Assembly (NCBI GenBank): GCA_937930175.1
Contig: CALGLP010000004.1
Span: 2,163-66,162, forward strand
DNA: 64,000 nt
Direction of reading: 5' to 3'
Source of the DNA: an uncultured bacterium
GTDB taxonomy: Bacteria; Omnitrophota; Gorgyraeia; Zapsychrales; Aceulaceae
The first letter of the stretch is position 1. Each line of letters begins with the position of its first letter. Below the pieces are notes generated by a model, which worked only from the letters and a program-made list of their open reading frames with translations, was not told where the DNA came from and ran no database searches. Positions 61,434-64,000 of this stretch are shown piece after piece. The translations under genes were made by a program, and so were the position numbers.

Positions 61434-61471
61434 CATTCCTACGCACGCAGCCACAAACTTGGGAAATTACC

Positions 61472-61528
61472 TTGACAGAACAAAAATTGAATGGTATATT
61501 TTAATTGTGAACACCAGTTCACAAATTA
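61472..61528 (+). promoter_or_regulatory. tetR promoter-operator: TTGACA-17 nt-TGgTATATT followed by palindrome AATTGTGAACA-CCA-GTTCACAAATT
   Basis: -35 61472-61477, extended -10 61492-61500, inverted repeat 61503-61527. Confidence 0.55.
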
Positions 61529-61550
61529 GATGGTATTCATGGGGGTATAG

Positions 61551-62168
61551 ATGAGTGTATTAAACAGGAAAGAAAGAGATAGGCAGTTGCGCAGATCCGA
61601 TATTCTCAGGGCCGCAGAGCATATATTTGCTTTAAAAGGGTACCACAAAGCGACAATAAGAGATATCGCAAAGGAAGCCCAATATGGAACTGGCACGGTT
61701 TATCTGCATTTTAAGAATAAGCATGCTCTTTATTTTGCTTTACTTGAAGAAAAGTTAAAGCACTTATTATCTATAATTAAAGAGAAGACCGGGCAGGTGA
61801 AAGATGCAAGAAAGAAGCTGGAGATTTTTATACTGGAAGGATTGACTTTCTTCGAGGAGAATCAGGATTTCTTTCAGATATTTGCTTCGGACTCCGAGGG
61901 AAGTGAATTATATGCAGAAGCGAGAGTCTTTAAATCTCCCATAGGCTTACAATTGCAAGAATACACAGCGAGCGTGCTTAAGGAAGCGCAAAGCCAGGAG
62001 GTTATTAGTAGCAGTTTTGACTTGGAACAGCTCTGCGATGTGTTTACGTCTCTTTTAAAGACGATTACTCTCAAATGGTTACAAAGAAAGGAGGGGAAGG
62101 GCGAAAATTTAGTTGGCCTATCTGAGGTAGTTCTTAAGTTGTTTCTGTACGGTGCCGCAAATAAATAA
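61551..62168 (+). CDS. TetR/AcrR-family transcriptional regulator
   Basis: N-terminal HTH (TIRDIAKEAQYGTGTVYLHF). Confidence 0.8.
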   Translation: MSVLNRKERDRQLRRSDILRAAEHIFALKGYHKATIRDIAKEAQYGTGTVYLHFKNKHALYFALLEEKLKHLLSIIKEKTGQVKDARKKLEIFILEGLTFFEENQDFFQIFASDSEGSELYAEARVFKSPIGLQLQEYTASVLKEAQSQEVISSSFDLEQLCDVFTSLLKTITLKWLQRKEGKGENLVGLSEVVLKLFLYGAANK

Positions 62169-62211
62169 GCACTGGCCTAACATTCCCACCTAATATTCTT
62201 TAAAAATTATC

Positions 62212-62284
62212 TTGACAAAACCATTTGTGAATGGTATATTTTAATTGTGAACAGATGTTCAGATAGTGATGAAATGTTCACAAC
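62212..62284 (+). promoter_or_regulatory. Efflux operon promoter-operator: same TTGACA-17 nt-TGgTATATT core; half-sites TGTGAACA, GATGTTCAG, TGTTCACAA
   Basis: 62221-62246 identical to the tetR promoter over about 26 nt (GAATGGTATATTTTAATTGTGAACA). Confidence 0.5.
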
Positions 62285-62304
62285 AGACATAATTGAGGAA
62301 TAAA

Positions 62305-63627
62305 ATGAAAAGGGTAATATTTCTTATCAGTTTCAGTGTAGTTGCGCTATTTACCTATAATATAGCTTTGGCAGATAGCCCAGCGGAGGATTCTATTCTG
62401 CAAATAGGCCTTGATGAGACTATCAAACGGGCCCTGGATGCCAGTGAGGAATTAAAGATTAAGGATAGCGAGATTAAGAAAAGCAAAGGGGTTTACGGCG
62501 AAGTCCGCTCCGAGGCATTGCCGCATATTAGCGGCCAATCGATTTGGACTAACAATATGGATTACCCGGCTAAAGCCGTCGGCAAGTATTATGACCATTC
62601 ATTAGATAACGGCCTAAGCGCTTCGCAGCTTGTTTGGTCGTTTGGCAAAGTGATGTACGCAATAGATTCGGCCAAGAGTGCCGTCGAAGCGACTCGGTTG
62701 AACAAGGAAACGACTAGGCAGGAGGTTATTTTTGCCGCAAAATTAAGCTATTATAGCTGCCTGCTTGCTAAAAATAGCCTATCTATAGCCGAGAAATCAT
62801 ATGCGGACGTTCTTGAGAATAAAAAATTGCTCGGTCAGCGCTCTTACGGAGGCCGCAGCTCGAAATATGAGATCGTTAAAATAAATGCTGATGTCGCGGC
62901 TAGGATTCCGGCAGTCAATGAAGCCCGCACTCAATTTGATGCCGCCACCGAAACCTTAAGAAGGGTTATTGATGTTGATCTTAACCGCAAGATTGAGCTT
63001 GAGGGGAACTTTCAAGAACAATACGCCGATTTTAATTATGAAACGCTGGTGAATGCTATGTACGCATATGAGCCTTATTTGCAGGAGCTTGGCAAAACAA
63101 TCGACTCTACCGAGGCGAACGTAAAAAGCAAATATGCAAACTTTCTGCCTACGATTTCTGCGTTTGCCTCTATGAATTATAAAGGCGATTCCAATAAATC
63201 TAGTGTTTGGAGCGAGCTCGATAATTACTCTGCCGCCGGACTTAAAGTGAGTGTTCCGATTTGGGAAGGAGGAATAAAGGAGGCTCAGCTGAGCCAAGCC
63301 AAAGCGGTTAAAGAAATTGCTGTTCTCAGGAAAGAACAGGCAGAAAAAAATTTACTGTTAGAGCTTAAGAAAGCTTATTTAGAATATGAGCAGTATAAGG
63401 ATAATCTTAAAGCAAATATCGAAGCAGTGAGTCTTGCCGAAGAGGCCTTCAAGCAAACACAAGAGATGTTTTCTTCCGGACAGGTCAGTATCACCGATCT
63501 TAACATTGCAGAACTTTCTTTGACTAATCAAAGGCTCAATAAGGAAGCTACCCTTTACAATATAAATATAACACTGGCAAAAATTGAGAAGTTAGTAACC
63601 GAGAAATACGAAGATGAAAAACTTTAA
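62305..63627 (+). CDS. TolC-like outer membrane efflux protein
   Basis: Signal peptide; two repeated coiled-coil/beta-barrel halves. Confidence 0.7.
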   Translation: MKRVIFLISFSVVALFTYNIALADSPAEDSILQIGLDETIKRALDASEELKIKDSEIKKSKGVYGEVRSEALPHISGQSIWTNNMDYPAKAVGKYYDHSLDNGLSASQLVWSFGKVMYAIDSAKSAVEATRLNKETTRQEVIFAAKLSYYSCLLAKNSLSIAEKSYADVLENKKLLGQRSYGGRSSKYEIVKINADVAARIPAVNEARTQFDAATETLRRVIDVDLNRKIELEGNFQEQYADFNYETLVNAMYAYEPYLQELGKTIDSTEANVKSKYANFLPTISAFASMNYKGDSNKSSVWSELDNYSAAGLKVSVPIWEGGIKEAQLSQAKAVKEIAVLRKEQAEKNLLLELKKAYLEYEQYKDNLKANIEAVSLAEEAFKQTQEMFSSGQVSITDLNIAELSLTNQRLNKEATLYNINITLAKIEKLVTEKYEDEKL

Positions 63628-64000
63628 GCGAGAGACGGTATACTTAATAATTATTATCGTTAGTTTAGCCTCCGTCGCAATACGTATCCAGGCAGTCAAA
63701 GCGGCCCGCGGAAAGGCAATTATCAGTTTCTATGAGGAATGGAAGAAGGCCGGGAAGCCGGTAGAGGTTCAAGCGATAGAGGCTGAGGATATCCCTGTGT
63801 ACGCCCAGTTTACAGTCAGGATTGTTGACGGATGCCTTGCCCGTGGTTTTGTAACTGGCGAAGTAAGGAATGCGCTTCAGGAAGGTCAAGAAATATACGA
63901 TCCGTATGATACATCTGTTATTTGTGCCCGATTAAAAAGCGTAGGCGCGGAATTAGATATGAACGCCGGTATGTTTCCGGTAGAGGTAGAATTCGATAAG
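63614..64000 (+). CDS. Efflux periplasmic adaptor (HlyD-like), N-terminal part, runs off window
   Basis: Starts 14 nt before the TolC-like stop; N-terminal TM then adaptor-like sequence. Confidence 0.55.
   Translation, partial: MKNFKRETVYLIIIIVSLASVAIRIQAVKAARGKAIISFYEEWKKAGKPVEVQAIEAEDIPVYAQFTVRIVDGCLARGFVTGEVRNALQEGQEIYDPYDTSVICARLKSVGAELDMNAGMFPVEVEFDK

Larger units (their letters stand above)
32083..61440. mobile_element. Prophage of about 29 kb, lambda-like morphogenesis module, integrated at tRNA-Gln
   Basis: Serine integrase overlapping the tRNA 3' end; GC content visibly higher than the flanks; complete terminase-to-tail gene order; right boundary approximate (no attR repeat found). 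Confidence 0.7.

Noticed and set aside
61380-61470. Search for an attR copy of the tRNA-Gln 3' end at the prophage right border
   Set aside because: No direct repeat of the GGTTCGAGTCC or CGGGGCAGCCA segments was found by eye. Serine integrases need only a 2-bp core, so absence is expected. The right boundary therefore remains approximate.

Overview
The window has two parts. Bases 1-32,080 are a low-GC, origin-proximal chromosomal segment; bases 32,083 to about 61,440 are a roughly 29-kb prophage with a higher GC content, integrated at a tRNA-Gln gene. The host part reads gyrA(partial)-gyrB-DUF721/DciA-like-dnaN-dnaA on the minus strand, followed by a candidate oriC with DnaA boxes. It continues rpmH-yidD-yidC-jag on the plus strand (no rnpA at the usual position), then a parS-like palindrome, parAB, yicC, gmk, rpoZ and coaC. 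A tRNA cluster follows (Cys, Leu-TAA, Val-GAC) with partial tRNA duplicates and tRNA-like degenerate repeats. Next is thrS-infC-rpmI-rplT-[inserted secreted beta-helix gene]-pheS-[two paralogous secreted repeat proteins with Hep_Hag-like repeats]-pheT. After that come rarA, a 6S-RNA-like element before the 5-formyltetrahydrofolate cyclo-ligase gene, rny-ymdB-pilZ, gltX, a small lipoprotein and tRNA-Gln. The prophage carries a large serine recombinase gene whose 3' end overlaps tRNA-Gln. Its early region has repeated promoter motifs, an ECF-like sigma factor, and a replication-initiator HTH gene with iterons embedded in its 3' end. A ParB-nuclease/DNA-methyltransferase fusion follows, then a complete lambda-like morphogenesis block. 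That block runs terS, terL(GpA), W, portal, protease/scaffold, decoration, major capsid, major tail and G with a -1 frameshifted G-T product at an A_AAA_AAC site. It ends with the tape measure, M, L with Fe-S cysteines, K with NlpC/P60, and J. The most striking feature sits in the tail-fibre module. A 191-aa putative fibre-tip protein has three G-H-x-H motifs and a C-terminal run of 8-9 Cys-Thr repeats within the Cys-rich tail CCECE(CT)nCQEQCCSECDCGD. A radical-SAM/SPASM enzyme gene starts one base after its stop codon, and a B12-binding radical-SAM enzyme gene follows. This looks like a RiPP-like (ranthipeptide/QhpC-like thioether) maturation system inside a phage receptor-binding module. I do not recognise it as a described system. 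The window ends with a tetR gene and a TolC-like/HlyD-like efflux operon that share a promoter-operator architecture of TTGACA, a 17-nt spacer, TGgTATATT and a TGTGAACA/TGTTCACA palindrome. All calls come from reading the sequence and the ORF translations. No database searches were run.
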